Part shown: in pieces, positions 1 through 10,205 of the stretch
Position numbering within the stretch: position 1 is the stretch's first letter
Layout of the letters: each line of letters starts with the position of its first letter
Assembly: GCA_012813795.1 (NCBI GenBank)
Contig: GCA_012813795.1_4087.1
Direction: 5' to 3' (one strand)
Length of the DNA stretch: 64,000 nt
Source of the DNA: a phage
The notes under the pieces: generated by a model
What the model was told of the DNA's origin: nothing
Seen by the model: the letters and a program-made list of their open reading frames with translations, nothing else
The model's database searches: none
Program-made: the position numbers and the translations under genes

Positions 1-34
1 AAAAAAAAAGAGTGACAAAGATATATTGTCACTC
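1..34 (-). terminator. rho-independent terminator downstream of 55..894
   Basis: 8-9 bp inverted repeat GAGTGACAA/TTGTCACTC (10-34) followed on the minus strand by U9 (plus A9 at 1-9). Confidence 0.6.
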
Positions 35-54
35 ATCATTATATCACCAGAAAC

Positions 55-894
55 TTATTTGTCCTGGGTATTTTCAGTAAATTTCTTCCACAGTAGTAAT
101 GTATTTTGACGAATTATTTCAATATGTCTTGAACTAAATTGTCTTTCATTATCGTCCCATAGTGCATCTGAATTCAAAAATGCAAGAAACACAAATGCAA
201 CATCTTCTCGTGGTACATTAAACACTGTATTGTTCGTACATACACGATCCATTGGTACAGGCATACCACCAGTACGATCACTGTACTGTAAGTCACGTGC
301 CACCAGATTTACATCTTTGACGAATTTATGATTGATATAAGGCTTCAGAACGTTAAGGAAGTCATTGTATCCATTATTGTGGTCAATTTCAAACATTACA
401 TGTTCAGTATTGTCCGCGTCTTCACAGTCGTTATTATTGCTATTTTTGAAATCAAAAAATCGCTCACTCATTCTACTGGAGTTTGAAGATGAACAATTGC
501 GTATACCACCAGAACGGCGTTTGAGATTTTCTAAATCTTCATCAGTACTGGAATAATAAGTAAGATCGTATGAATCATTACCAATAATAATACGCTTAGT
601 ATAATGGTTATAAACTATAAAGTCATAATCTTTAATACCAAGTAACATTAACTGGAATACTAATTCATCCGGTACATCAATGAGTGCATGTTCAAAGTCT
701 TCATATCTGGAACGGAATACAACATCATTAAATCCACGGTAGATAATAAAATTACCAAAGTCGTTATAATTTTCATGCATATGGACATTTTCATTTCTGA
801 TGTATTCAGACGAAGCTGGTGCAACACGGTCATCTTCTGATGCGTAATGATCAGTTTCTTTAACATTAAAGTTGATAATAAAATTTAATTTCAT
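55..894 (-). CDS. hypothetical protein, divergent FamA-like
   Basis: 279-aa minus ORF; variant motif DELVFQLMLLGI. Confidence 0.6.
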   Translation of the reverse strand: MKLNFIINFNVKETDHYASEDDRVAPASSEYIRNENVHMHENYNDFGNFIIYRGFNDVVFRSRYEDFEHALIDVPDELVFQLMLLGIKDYDFIVYNHYTKRIIIGNDSYDLTYYSSTDEDLENLKRRSGGIRNCSSSNSSRMSERFFDFKNSNNNDCEDADNTEHVMFEIDHNNGYNDFLNVLKPYINHKFVKDVNLVARDLQYSDRTGGMPVPMDRVCTNNTVFNVPREDVAFVFLAFLNSDALWDDNERQFSSRHIEIIRQNTLLLWKKFTENTQDK

Positions 895-907
895 AGTGCC
901 TCATAGA

Positions 908-933
908 CAAAAAGGCCGAGAATATTCCCGACC
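908..933 (-). terminator. rho-independent terminator (minus strand only)
   Basis: GGUCGGG/CUCGGCC stem is perfect only in the minus-strand RNA (two G-U pairs), followed by U5; lies downstream of 948..1256. Confidence 0.5.
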
Positions 934-947
934 TTTTTTATTATGTA

Positions 948-1256
948 TTAGTTTGAGGTTCCCCAGCAGTAGACTGGTTTCAAATTCTCAAGAGGATTAA
1001 CTTCAGGTTTCAGTACTGTAACGCGAACTTCATAAGTACTTCCATCTGCACGAGTCATTGTTTCATAATGAATACTTTCAATGAACGTTTCATATTCTTC
1101 TTGTGAACGAGCACGAACTGCTGAAGAGTATTTCTTCTTAGTATCCGATTTTAAGGTAACACTTACGAGTTCTGCTTCTTCGCCATTTTCAAGCTTGTTG
1201 AAATCAAACTCTGGTACACCTTCAAACATATCAAATTTCATTCCGTTGTCTTCCAT
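948..1256 (-). CDS. hypothetical protein
   Basis: 102-aa minus ORF in tiled array. Confidence 0.6.
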   Translation of the reverse strand: MEDNGMKFDMFEGVPEFDFNKLENGEEAELVSVTLKSDTKKKYSSAVRARSQEEYETFIESIHYETMTRADGSTYEVRVTVLKPEVNPLENLKPVYCWGTSN

Positions 1257-1310
1257 TTTAAATTCCTTTTTATATAATGTTTAATTAGTTTGTTTTAATA
1301 ATCGGAGATA

Positions 1311-1697
1311 TTACAGTACTTCGTATTGTAGTGTTCCGTGACGGAACTTCTCTAGCTGTGATAGTACTTCTTTACGTTCAACAATCTCTGGTACTTCTTC
1401 TTGAAGTTGATTACACACTTCAACAATGAAATCCCAATCTGAATCACAATTCTGACGAACAGCTTCAATTGTTTTCCAGTCAGTACTGATTTCACCTTCG
1501 TCATTGCGATAGTTAGGCCATGCACGACCGTAGTCACCTACTGTTTTATCATTCAAAACGCGAATTGCATTGAAAATCTGACCAGTACCAAAGAATTTAG
1601 TTTGTTTCATATCTTCTAAACAACATAGTTTTGGTTCACCTTGTACCTCGATGAGAAGTACACCACCAATTGCTTTTAGAATAGAACTTGTATTCAT
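1311..1697 (-). CDS. hypothetical protein
   Basis: 128-aa minus ORF. Confidence 0.6.
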   Translation of the reverse strand: MNTSSILKAIGGVLLIEVQGEPKLCCLEDMKQTKFFGTGQIFNAIRVLNDKTVGDYGRAWPNYRNDEGEISTDWKTIEAVRQNCDSDWDFIVEVCNQLQEEVPEIVERKEVLSQLEKFRHGTLQYEVL

Positions 1698-1763
1698 CTT
1701 TATCTCCGTTTATCAAAAAGATGCGAACATTATATCATTGAATTGTCATATGTCCAGATGATT

Positions 1764-2066
1764 TTAGACAATATTTTCAATCCAATTTTCAAAGTCTTGA
1801 ATTGCAAGGATGAACATATTCTCGTCTTGGAAGTCGAGGATGTGCTCGCTATATAGATAACTGATGTACTTACTGTCCTCTGTCTTTGTATTGTGCTTAC
1901 AGTTCATGATAAGCATTTCAACAGCACGCTCATATGAACATGGATTCAAATACAATTTAGTACCATCAGGGTGAACAACCTCTACTGCTCCTTCAGGAAT
2001 AAAACGTTTCCCAGTATTAGGAGTATATGGTTGTGTCAAAAATTTAATTTCAAATTTAGTATCCAT
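1764..2066 (-). CDS. hypothetical protein
   Basis: 100-aa minus ORF. Confidence 0.55.
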   Translation of the reverse strand: MDTKFEIKFLTQPYTPNTGKRFIPEGAVEVVHPDGTKLYLNPCSYERAVEMLIMNCKHNTKTEDSKYISYLYSEHILDFQDENMFILAIQDFENWIENIV

Positions 2067-2086
2067 ACTAAATCTATCTCCATGTA

Positions 2087-2923
2087 TTAACTTACTCTTT
2101 CAATATTTTCGAGAATAGTATTAACTATACTCATCTTACCACCTAACTGTTGGTAAGTTTTCAACTTATTAACTATGCCTTTACGTAAGATATCAAGAAT
2201 CTCGTACTGCTTAGGGTTCAGTACTAACTCTGCTTGAAATGCTGCCAGAGGATCAAAAATACCAAGCAATGATGCATCAGGTACATCCAGTTCTAATGTA
2301 AACGAATGTCGGTATCCAGCGGTTATAGTGGCGATTGTTTTATCGCCTGTACTAGTGATATCCAAATCACACATTACTGGGCGACCATCATCACTTGTAT
2401 ATCTAAAAAAAGCAACACTACGCATAATAATACCGTCTGATGACAAACGTTCTTGGAGTGTGATGTTGCTTTCTTCTGTACCTTGTGTTAGACGGAAAGT
2501 TGTTTCAAATGATCGTACATTATTTTCAACAGTATATTTTGCAAATCTATCAGTACTGTGAATAGAAACTATACCCTTGGCATTAACTCTACGATTGAAA
2601 ACTATATCATTAATCGTAGTATCTCGGTAACGAATTGTATCTTCTGACTTGTAATAATGGACTGATGGTGTGTTGAATATTTCAGACTTAAGATCTGAAT
2701 CATATTCGTATGATAGTGAAGTTTCATAAGTTTCATTATTACGAATATTAATATCTAGTGTCGAAGGACGGATATTGTTTTTTACAGAAACAGTATATCC
2801 TGTAATGTTATAAACATCATAAGATTCTCCATTTGCTGTTTTAACTGCACCAAATGTTTCAGGATTCTCAGATAGAATCTTGATATGATCAAGTACTGAA
2901 TACTCTTTGAAGTTTAAGAACAT
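2087..2923 (-). CDS. hypothetical protein
   Basis: 278-aa minus ORF. Confidence 0.6.
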   Translation of the reverse strand: MFLNFKEYSVLDHIKILSENPETFGAVKTANGESYDVYNITGYTVSVKNNIRPSTLDINIRNNETYETSLSYEYDSDLKSEIFNTPSVHYYKSEDTIRYRDTTINDIVFNRRVNAKGIVSIHSTDRFAKYTVENNVRSFETTFRLTQGTEESNITLQERLSSDGIIMRSVAFFRYTSDDGRPVMCDLDITSTGDKTIATITAGYRHSFTLELDVPDASLLGIFDPLAAFQAELVLNPKQYEILDILRKGIVNKLKTYQQLGGKMSIVNTILENIERVS

Positions 2924-2945
2924 TTACATTTCCTCGGACAAAAAA

Positions 2946-3083
2946 TTAGTCGAGATAAAATCTCGACTGGTGTTTAATTTTTCCATTTTTGACAGCTTTC
3001 TTGCGGTCCACGTGCACTTGAGCCTTATTAAACTCATTACAGTGCTTTGCAACAAAGTTGTTTACTTTAGATTTCTTAGCCAT
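2946..3083 (-). CDS. small highly basic protein (45 aa), not in ORF track
   Basis: Hand-translated MAKKSKVNNFVAKHCNEFNKAQVHVDRKKAVKNGKIKHQSRFYLD; GGAG SD 5 nt upstream of ATG; fills the gap between neighbours; hairpin GTCGAGAT..ATCTCGAC overlaps the 3' end. Confidence 0.45.
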   Translation of the reverse strand: MAKKSKVNNFVAKHCNEFNKAQVHVDRKKAVKNGKIKHQSRFYLD

Positions 3084-3085
3084 AA

Positions 3086-3559
3086 TTACTCCAGGTATGG
3101 ATCTTTCACTGTAAGGCTCTCGATATCACTTGCATATAGAACTACATTGACTTGCTTCTCAGATACTTTAAAGTCATGATAACTATCTTTGATTATGAAG
3201 TTGTCAAGTAGAAAACCCTTGGTAACGCACATCATAATTTTATCATCTTTAATAGTATATGTATTTTTCTTCTTATGCACTTCACTCTGTGGTGTGATAG
3301 AAGGATCATTACGAACAACACAATCAATATATTCTTCATTTGTATTCATTGGAATACCCATAATAAATGAGTTTTCAGTACTGATAGTTAGTATAAAAAT
3401 ATTAGTACGTGGACAATGGAAATGTTCATACATTGACTTGCTGCACAAGAAAAGGCATTGGATAATGTCTCTTACGTTAAACATTATATCATGCACTTTG
3501 AAAGCGTCCAACTCTAAAATGTCATCAATCTTTCCGTTTTCAACAGTTTTAATCTCCAT
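3086..3559 (-). CDS. hypothetical protein
   Basis: 157-aa minus ORF. Confidence 0.6.
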   Translation of the reverse strand: MEIKTVENGKIDDILELDAFKVHDIMFNVRDIIQCLFLCSKSMYEHFHCPRTNIFILTISTENSFIMGIPMNTNEEYIDCVVRNDPSITPQSEVHKKKNTYTIKDDKIMMCVTKGFLLDNFIIKDSYHDFKVSEKQVNVVLYASDIESLTVKDPYLE

Positions 3560-3599
3560 GATCTATCCTTGATCGTCATCGCACATCCATGTGCTGGTG

Positions 3600-4100
3600 T
3601 TACGACACAGCGTTTTCGTAATATTCTATTGCTTCCGAGATATTTTGAATTGCCTGTGCCTTTAATGATTTGTTATAGCGACCAGTAAATGAACCTAAAT
3701 TCTTAATGAGATCAAGAAATAATGGAAGTACTTCAGATGTATCAGTAAAATCACACTGATATAAAGTTCCCATCTGGAACAATTCACCGCCGTCTACGCA
3801 CAACGTGTTAAAGTCTTTTTGTACTCCCTTTTCTTCATTGAAAATGAAATACGAAGTCCCCATGTGGTGAAGATAAACACCATGTTCATCCTGAACGTGG
3901 CAGGGGGTAATACACATCGCCGTATTGTCAATATTATTTACTATCGTCAAACGGAGGCTATGTAATCCGAAAACTACAGTACTATTGAGTGTACTGCATT
4001 GTAAATGGTCATTGGTGATAGTAACTTTACTTGTCCTTTTGTCATCGAATGAACGTGTAATCAAAGAAATGCAAAGTTTCATATCAGTTGTTAGTTTCAT
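3600..4100 (-). CDS. FamA paralog
   Basis: 166 aa; motif GGELFQMGTLYQ. Confidence 0.65.
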   Translation of the reverse strand: MKLTTDMKLCISLITRSFDDKRTSKVTITNDHLQCSTLNSTVVFGLHSLRLTIVNNIDNTAMCITPCHVQDEHGVYLHHMGTSYFIFNEEKGVQKDFNTLCVDGGELFQMGTLYQCDFTDTSEVLPLFLDLIKNLGSFTGRYNKSLKAQAIQNISEAIEYYENAVS

Positions 4101-4542
4101 CCAAAATACCCTTAATATGTTTGATTAAATTGACTAGTACTGATTTATCAAATGGATTATTTAGACCAATACACTCGTACTGGAATAAGTCACCATCAAG
4201 AATAACATCTAAATCAATATCTAACTTCTTATTGTTGGTATCAAACATAGTAACATTATCAGAAGAAACTGTCAACACTTTTTGTGAATTTTTAATCTTA
4301 TTACTGATATAAACATCAATAAGTAATTTACTGTTCACTGTAACCGTTTCAAAGATGATTTGACTAGTACCGTAAATGTATTTTACTGAATTATGTATTC
4401 GTGAATATTTTAATTTGTATAAATTAATACCATTGTACTTACATTTGGTATCAATTTTTAATTTGCATGATAAGATAGCATTAACTAATTCATTTATATT
4501 AGTTAATCTTGTTTTGGCTATCGATAAAGTTGGTAAATTCAT
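4084..4542 (-). CDS. FamA paralog
   Basis: 152 aa; motif DGDLFQYECIGL; start uncertain (44-nt overlap with upstream gene). Confidence 0.6.
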   Translation of the reverse strand: MNLPTLSIAKTRLTNINELVNAILSCKLKIDTKCKYNGINLYKLKYSRIHNSVKYIYGTSQIIFETVTVNSKLLIDVYISNKIKNSQKVLTVSSDNVTMFDTNNKKLDIDLDVILDGDLFQYECIGLNNPFDKSVLVNLIKHIKGILDETNN

Positions 4543-4963
4543 TATGTAATACCTTTAGGCATTGTAATGTTTCTGACATGATATTTGAATCGAACTCAAT
4601 ACTATCAAATTTGATAAATGTACTTTGTGTGAAGAAGGTAGATTCCACATCGGTTGAATAAAATGATTCATCAAAGAGATTAGTACTGAACATACCAGTT
4701 TTCTTTTTAAAGAACATCATAAATTTTGAATTATAACGAATGACGGCTTCATCTTTATTAATGATTATACGAGAAATCTGTGTTCTCGTTTGGGTGAGAA
4801 TATTGATTTGGAAAACATTTTTCTTAACTTCAACAATATCAACCATATAACCATCCCCACTATAAAAGTTACTTCTAACTTGGATTGGCTTTGATGTGAT
4901 ATTGATAATAGCGTCTTGAATAAAAAAGTTTACCGTATCAATGTTTCCTAAAATGTCTAACAT
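4499..4963 (-). CDS. FamA paralog (divergent)
   Basis: 154 aa; motif STFFTQSTFIKF. Confidence 0.55.
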   Translation of the reverse strand: MLDILGNIDTVNFFIQDAIINITSKPIQVRSNFYSGDGYMVDIVEVKKNVFQINILTQTRTQISRIIINKDEAVIRYNSKFMMFFKKKTGMFSTNLFDESFYSTDVESTFFTQSTFIKFDSIEFDSNIMSETLQCLKVLHNEFTNFIDSQNKIN

Positions 4964-5481
4964 AAATTCTCCTTAATAGCTGTCATATTTACGAGAAATT
5001 CTTCAAGTACTTCCTCTGTAATACGCTCTGTATACCAGAATATCACAATATCTTTTGAAAGACGAACATTCATAAAAATATCTACTAACTCTCTGTAGTA
5101 CTCTAGAGTTTCTAGATCTTTTAGAATTAATGAGTACTGAAACATAGATTCTTCAGTTAACTTAAATTCTGGATATAGTAATTCGTTAAATTCAATTGAT
5201 TCAATCTGTACTTTTATTTCTTTGAAGTTATTGGTTATACAACCTGAATAATTATTTCGGTACAACGCGGCATAATCCAGGAATTGTGCTTTGTGATTAA
5301 AATCAAGAACAGTTTCACCTTTATATGACAATCGGTGGAACGCCGAGAACCTTGTAATTTCCCACGGTTGCTTAATATCTAGTTCTGTAATATCAATTTG
5401 ATTGTGCATAAGATCTGTGAAAATCTCACCAATCTTTAATAGTAACTTAGTACGTACCAGTACTGTCATTGGATCAGTCAT
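4957..5481 (-). CDS. FamA paralog
   Basis: 174 aa; motif EESMFQYSLIL. Confidence 0.65.
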   Translation of the reverse strand: MTDPMTVLVRTKLLLKIGEIFTDLMHNQIDITELDIKQPWEITRFSAFHRLSYKGETVLDFNHKAQFLDYAALYRNNYSGCITNNFKEIKVQIESIEFNELLYPEFKLTEESMFQYSLILKDLETLEYYRELVDIFMNVRLSKDIVIFWYTERITEEVLEEFLVNMTAIKENLC

Positions 5482-5900
5482 TATACACCTTCATATTCAT
5501 CAAGAAAATCTTCGATAATCATTTCAGCTTCATCCATATGCATAGCATCAACTTCAACAATACGAACTTTAGATGTATCCCAAATCATATAACTAGGAAC
5601 ATTGTCCGGCTCGTATTCATTTTTGTACTGAACTGCATCGTAACCTTCAGTATCACAATACTCAATAAGTGATCGCCATTCGTCATCACTACCCAAATCC
5701 TCACACAGAAGCACGTTATCAACGTCAACTTCTAATACATGCAAGTACACTGTGTCAGCATCAACAACGTTCAGTGGGCTTCTCAGCTTGCGTAATGCAG
5801 CCTCAAGAGCACTATGCTTCCCTCCCATATGCAAACCACCATACGGAATGTAGAAGTTGTCAATTTTAACAGTACTTGCATGGTATAGAATCATCATCAA
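5481..5900 (-). CDS. hypothetical protein
   Basis: 139-aa minus ORF; no FamA motif. Confidence 0.6.
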   Translation of the reverse strand: MMMILYHASTVKIDNFYIPYGGLHMGGKHSALEAALRKLRSPLNVVDADTVYLHVLEVDVDNVLLCEDLGSDDEWRSLIEYCDTEGYDAVQYKNEYEPDNVPSYMIWDTSKVRIVEVDAMHMDEAEMIIEDFLDEYEGV

Positions 5901-6496
5901 TCCTCAGTGAGAATACAGTTCAGGTACGAACACAGTTCATCGTAAAAGAGTTTGTCCAGCACTGTAAGATAACAGATACCGTTCTCTTTCATTGCAGCCT
6001 GTATTTTATCATAACCATTCACTGTGTCAAGGATTTCTTGATAAGATAATGCATCATCGTTAACAGTACTGCTCTGGAATGCCATTTCTTCTATGTTATC
6101 GATGGGTTCCTCATCGGAATTTAAGAAGCCTCCATTTTGATATATAATGTAATCTTCATTCCATGATTTAGTGAAACGGAGCAGGATGGGTTCATTAGCG
6201 AACATTTCGATATCGCCACTTTCAATGTCGTATGAACAATATAGATTACAGTCTTCATCTATGAATTCTGCCATAAAGATTGCAGTTCGAGAACCATCAT
6301 ATACATAAACTCCAGTTTTGTTCATCTCAACATCAACTGCCATTCCATTTTTGAATTGCATTCGAATCGTGATTTTAAGACTTTGGAGTATGTTATTTTC
6401 TGTATCTTTAACACTATACAATCCACGATATCGTAACCACAAATCTTTGATAGTACTTAAAGAAATGATTAAGTCTTCATTGGGATCTTTTTTCAT
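5897..6496 (-). CDS. FamA paralog
   Basis: 199 aa; motif EEMAFQSSTVND. Confidence 0.65.
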   Translation of the reverse strand: MKKDPNEDLIISLSTIKDLWLRYRGLYSVKDTENNILQSLKITIRMQFKNGMAVDVEMNKTGVYVYDGSRTAIFMAEFIDEDCNLYCSYDIESGDIEMFANEPILLRFTKSWNEDYIIYQNGGFLNSDEEPIDNIEEMAFQSSTVNDDALSYQEILDTVNGYDKIQAAMKENGICYLTVLDKLFYDELCSYLNCILTED

Positions 6497-7098
6497 TCTG
6501 GAATTACCATGTCCGTAATTAATGTGGGCTGTTCAATACATTCAGGGTTAATAACAATGAACATTTTACGTAAACTTTTCACTTTGTACCAATCATTCAG
6601 TACTGAAACCATCAGCCACAATTCTTCTGGTGTAGTGGTAACTTCACCGAGTACACTCATTTGAAACAAAGCACCCTTGCAATCTTCAAGTGAAGTCAGT
6701 TTTGTTTTGTATCCTGATTCAACATCCATGAATGTTTTTGTCTTAGCATCGTATACGATGTACACACCCTTACCATCATCTAAAGTTAAAAATACCGGAG
6801 AGCCAGTGCTAAATTTACATTCATTAAACTCAGGAAACAGGTCATTAACTTCTTCATCTGGAACTTCTGTCAATTCCAGTGCTGAATAGTCAGTATAGAT
6901 ATTAGTAATCTCAATACTATATTTGTTGTACCAAGTCGCAAATGGTGTAGATTTACCTTTTTTGAATAATTTAAAATCACTTTTTGAACCGTACTTTTGG
7001 AATAGTTCTTTTTTAGCTTTAACTAAATCAGGGGCAATAGCTAATAAATCACGTAGTGCTTTTTCGTATTGTAAGTATTCTTTTCTGATATTACTCAT
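6493..7098 (-). CDS. FamA paralog
   Basis: 201 aa; motif KGALFQMSVLGE. Confidence 0.65.
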   Translation of the reverse strand: MSNIRKEYLQYEKALRDLLAIAPDLVKAKKELFQKYGSKSDFKLFKKGKSTPFATWYNKYSIEITNIYTDYSALELTEVPDEEVNDLFPEFNECKFSTGSPVFLTLDDGKGVYIVYDAKTKTFMDVESGYKTKLTSLEDCKGALFQMSVLGEVTTTPEELWLMVSVLNDWYKVKSLRKMFIVINPECIEQPTLITDMVIPE

Positions 7099-7630
7099 TG
7101 TAACCCTCTAAAAAATAATCTAATGTATCAAGTACATCACTATCAAAAAAGCAATTATTAACTACAACGATACCAGTATTATGTTCTAAATCATAACATT
7201 TATCCAGTACATTGATGCATTCATTGTACTCAATGATATCATGAAGAGTACTGTGCTGAAAGTGTTCTTCTTCAGTGTACTCGCAGTAATTAATATCAAC
7301 ACTGAACGATTGGTCGTTTCTTTTGCACGGATATAATTTAGTAGACTTTCGTCCAGACCATGTAATTGAATAACAACCAATCGAATTCTGTGGGATTTGT
7401 GTACCAGCATGAAGCATAATGTACAGAGCTTGCGAACTGTATGATTCAACGTACAAACGGTTCTTATCTGCATTCATAACACAACCATCAATTGACATGC
7501 TTAGTGAATGTGACATTCTACTGGCTTTCCTGATACCACGGCAGAAATTCACATAACGCTGGCGTAAGCTGTTAACTTTCTCAGGCCATAGCTCAAATTC
7601 TTTAGTATTTGATAATGTTGCAATGTGCAT
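7091..7630 (-). CDS. FamA paralog
   Basis: 179 aa; motif EEEHFQHSTLHD. Confidence 0.65.
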   Translation of the reverse strand: MHIATLSNTKEFELWPEKVNSLRQRYVNFCRGIRKASRMSHSLSMSIDGCVMNADKNRLYVESYSSQALYIMLHAGTQIPQNSIGCYSITWSGRKSTKLYPCKRNDQSFSVDINYCEYTEEEHFQHSTLHDIIEYNECINVLDKCYDLEHNTGIVVVNNCFFDSDVLDTLDYFLEGYNE

Positions 7631-7632
7631 TA

Positions 7633-8235
7633 TTATTCCTTAATAACTGGTATAGCAGACCAAATTCGTTTCATTAGTTCATCTTCTAATACCACATCAG
7701 TACTGATCTTTTTGTAGTTCATTGATAATAGAAAATTACATTTCAGTTCTGATTTTAATTTTTCATAAAGATCAATGTTCATATGCATTTCTTCATATGA
7801 AGGTAAAGAATGAATTAATGTATTTTGAAAATACCATTCTTCGCTGAAATCTTTCACTTCAACACTTTTGATATTCTTAAATGAATCCTTATCAAAATAA
7901 TATGAAACATCAGAACCATTATAATGTGAAAATGTTTTGAATAATTTTATTTCATTTGTACTACGAAGAATTCTTTCATAGGACAGAATTTTACTATCTT
8001 CTAATTCACCATGAAGTATCAGTGAAATATCAAAATCATTTGCAAGTCCAGCACCAAGGCGTTTGAATGCTAGTGTAATTCGTTGTTCACATGCCGAGAT
8101 TTCAATCCTGTAAAAATCAGTTGCATACGTTAACATAGAGTATGGGAGATGCAACTTTTCATTATTAGAAATACTTTTAGCTAACGTAATGACAGGGTTA
8201 AGCATTTTATTAAGAATAGGCATGTCAATGATCAT
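7633..8235 (-). CDS. FamA paralog
   Basis: 200 aa; motif EEWYFQNTLIHS. Confidence 0.65.
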   Translation of the reverse strand: MIIDMPILNKMLNPVITLAKSISNNEKLHLPYSMLTYATDFYRIEISACEQRITLAFKRLGAGLANDFDISLILHGELEDSKILSYERILRSTNEIKLFKTFSHYNGSDVSYYFDKDSFKNIKSVEVKDFSEEWYFQNTLIHSLPSYEEMHMNIDLYEKLKSELKCNFLLSMNYKKISTDVVLEDELMKRIWSAIPVIKE

Positions 8236-8236
8236 A

Positions 8237-8740
8237 TCATAATTCTCTTAGTTTTTTCAATACATAGTGTAGTACTTCATCTTCATTTGCATACGATGTG
8301 TACATGAGAAATTTGCAACAAGTACTGTTAAGATAGCACATGTAGGTGAACATTGCACTATAATTATTCACAGTACTGTTCTGAAATTCAACTTCATCAA
8401 TTTCACCCAATGATACAGGTCGCATGTTGCAATCTACACCATCAATTTTTACAACAGTAGTTCCTGGATGAAAGACTGCGGATTGTGAACCTATGGTGCT
8501 TGTATCGAAACTTGGTGCATCATAGATAGGACTATTGCTATCAAAGAGCATGAAAATGTCATGGTCTAAACCTCTTTTCTGCTCAAATACAACTCGGATC
8601 ATACCATCTTTTTGTATTTTAAGAATAATATCTGGAGCCAGTTCGAATCGACCATATTGTTCATTGATATATTTTTCTTCAAGAATTTTATGTAATTCCA
8701 CAAAGTCTTTAGTACTAAAGTGTTCCATCATATCCCTCAA
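8237..8740 (-). CDS. FamA paralog
   Basis: 167 aa; motif EVEFQNSTVNN. Confidence 0.65.
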   Translation of the reverse strand: MRDMMEHFSTKDFVELHKILEEKYINEQYGRFELAPDIILKIQKDGMIRVVFEQKRGLDHDIFMLFDSNSPIYDAPSFDTSTIGSQSAVFHPGTTVVKIDGVDCNMRPVSLGEIDEVEFQNSTVNNYSAMFTYMCYLNSTCCKFLMYTSYANEDEVLHYVLKKLREL

Positions 8741-9173
8741 CTAATTTTGTAATTTCTGCTCTTCGTACATCAATGTCATGAGCAAATGATATGGATGTGA
8801 AACCACGTTCTGCTGCAATGGCTCGCAACTGTAGGAGAAGTAATAACGGATATATCACTTCATCAGAATACAAAGTACTTAATTGAAATATGGTTGCTTC
8901 ATCAATCTCAGTACTTAAATCTATACTTTTAATATCAATGATTAACTGTGTATTGAAATACCATACATTGTCATTGACATAATCTATAGTAGTATTATCC
9001 ATTACACTATAATCAATGTATCTTTCATTTGACCATAATGTCATCATATCATCGCCGTCTGATGGATAGCTTACATCAAACCATGAACCTGATTTTCGAG
9101 CTTTACCATTATCCAGTTCATTGAGGCAGTACTGGATTAACTTTTTCAGTAATTCGTAATCGTCTTTATTCAT
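8715..9173 (-). CDS. FamA paralog
   Basis: 152 aa; motif EATIFQLSTLYS. Confidence 0.65.
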   Translation of the reverse strand: MNKDDYELLKKLIQYCLNELDNGKARKSGSWFDVSYPSDGDDMMTLWSNERYIDYSVMDNTTIDYVNDNVWYFNTQLIIDIKSIDLSTEIDEATIFQLSTLYSDEVIYPLLLLLQLRAIAAERGFTSISFAHDIDVRRAEITKLVEGYDGTL

Positions 9174-9651
9174 TGCATTTCCAGAATATAGGATGTTTGT
9201 TAAGTGTTTGAAATATCATATCAAATGTAAATTTGTAATAAGAATAAACACCGAAATTAATTGATATAGAATTTAAATTAGTTTCATGCACCATAGCACT
9301 ATGTATCAGTACTGCATTTCTATGAAACTCATTATCAAGGCTCACTTCAGCCATAAAATCATCTAAAGTTCTGTCGCCGTTCTTTTTCTCGTATATGATT
9401 TCACCACTGGGTTCAATGAATACTGAACTTTCCCTTGATAGGATCATGTTTCGTTTCACAATAACATTTTGAGATTCTTGACAGTTGAGTTCACAAAATG
9501 TCCATGAGCCACAGAACACAGATATAATGTCGTTGTTTTTCACGAAGTTAAAGGGAATGCCATCAATCATTATCTGTACTTCGTGCACAAATTTATGAGA
9601 ATACTTCTCAAGAATTTTACAAAATTTAATAACGTCTGCTGGATTTAACAT
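9166..9651 (-). CDS. FamA-like (divergent)
   Basis: 161 aa; degenerate motif DNEFHRNAVLIHS. Confidence 0.55.
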   Translation of the reverse strand: MLNPADVIKFCKILEKYSHKFVHEVQIMIDGIPFNFVKNNDIISVFCGSWTFCELNCQESQNVIVKRNMILSRESSVFIEPSGEIIYEKKNGDRTLDDFMAEVSLDNEFHRNAVLIHSAMVHETNLNSISINFGVYSYYKFTFDMIFQTLNKHPIFWKCNE

Positions 9652-10205
9652 TGGATTGCCTTAATATGTTCAATCATTGCCTTGGAGTTAGTACTCATGT
9701 ACTCAAATATATCATCATTCATGAGTTCTGTCAAGTTCAATTCAACCGTACATCCATCTGGTAAGTTCTTCTGACAGAACGGAGCCAGTACTGCACCGTA
9801 CAGTACATACGGATCATCAATAATTAAACTCTTCTGGAAGCAATCACAATCCATATCTTCTTCATTATCGAAGTAAGTACTGATATCTATTGCAGTACTA
9901 TCTTTACACATCAACTCTACATCACCTTTTTTAATTACTACACGCTTTGTCTTGGTATTGCGTAATCGGGTGTATTCTTTTATGTGTCGTTGTTGTGTAT
10001 TGATTTCAATGATATCTTTGTGGTTGTGCGTTATTGTGAAGTGCATATCATTATTCAAATCACCACTCAGAAAAAAATTAAGATCTCTTAGTACAGTGTG
10101 ATTGACTTTAATGTATTCACCTTCACGAATTAAACTCAGTGCAGCTACACAATCTTCAATGAACTTCTCAAGAAACTTTCCTCTACTGTAAAGACTATAT
10201 TTCAT
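9645..10205 (-). CDS. FamA-like (divergent)
   Basis: 186 aa; degenerate motif DDIFEYMSTNS. Confidence 0.55.
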   Translation of the reverse strand: MKYSLYSRGKFLEKFIEDCVAALSLIREGEYIKVNHTVLRDLNFFLSGDLNNDMHFTITHNHKDIIEINTQQRHIKEYTRLRNTKTKRVVIKKGDVELMCKDSTAIDISTYFDNEEDMDCDCFQKSLIIDDPYVLYGAVLAPFCQKNLPDGCTVELNLTELMNDDIFEYMSTNSKAMIEHIKAIQC

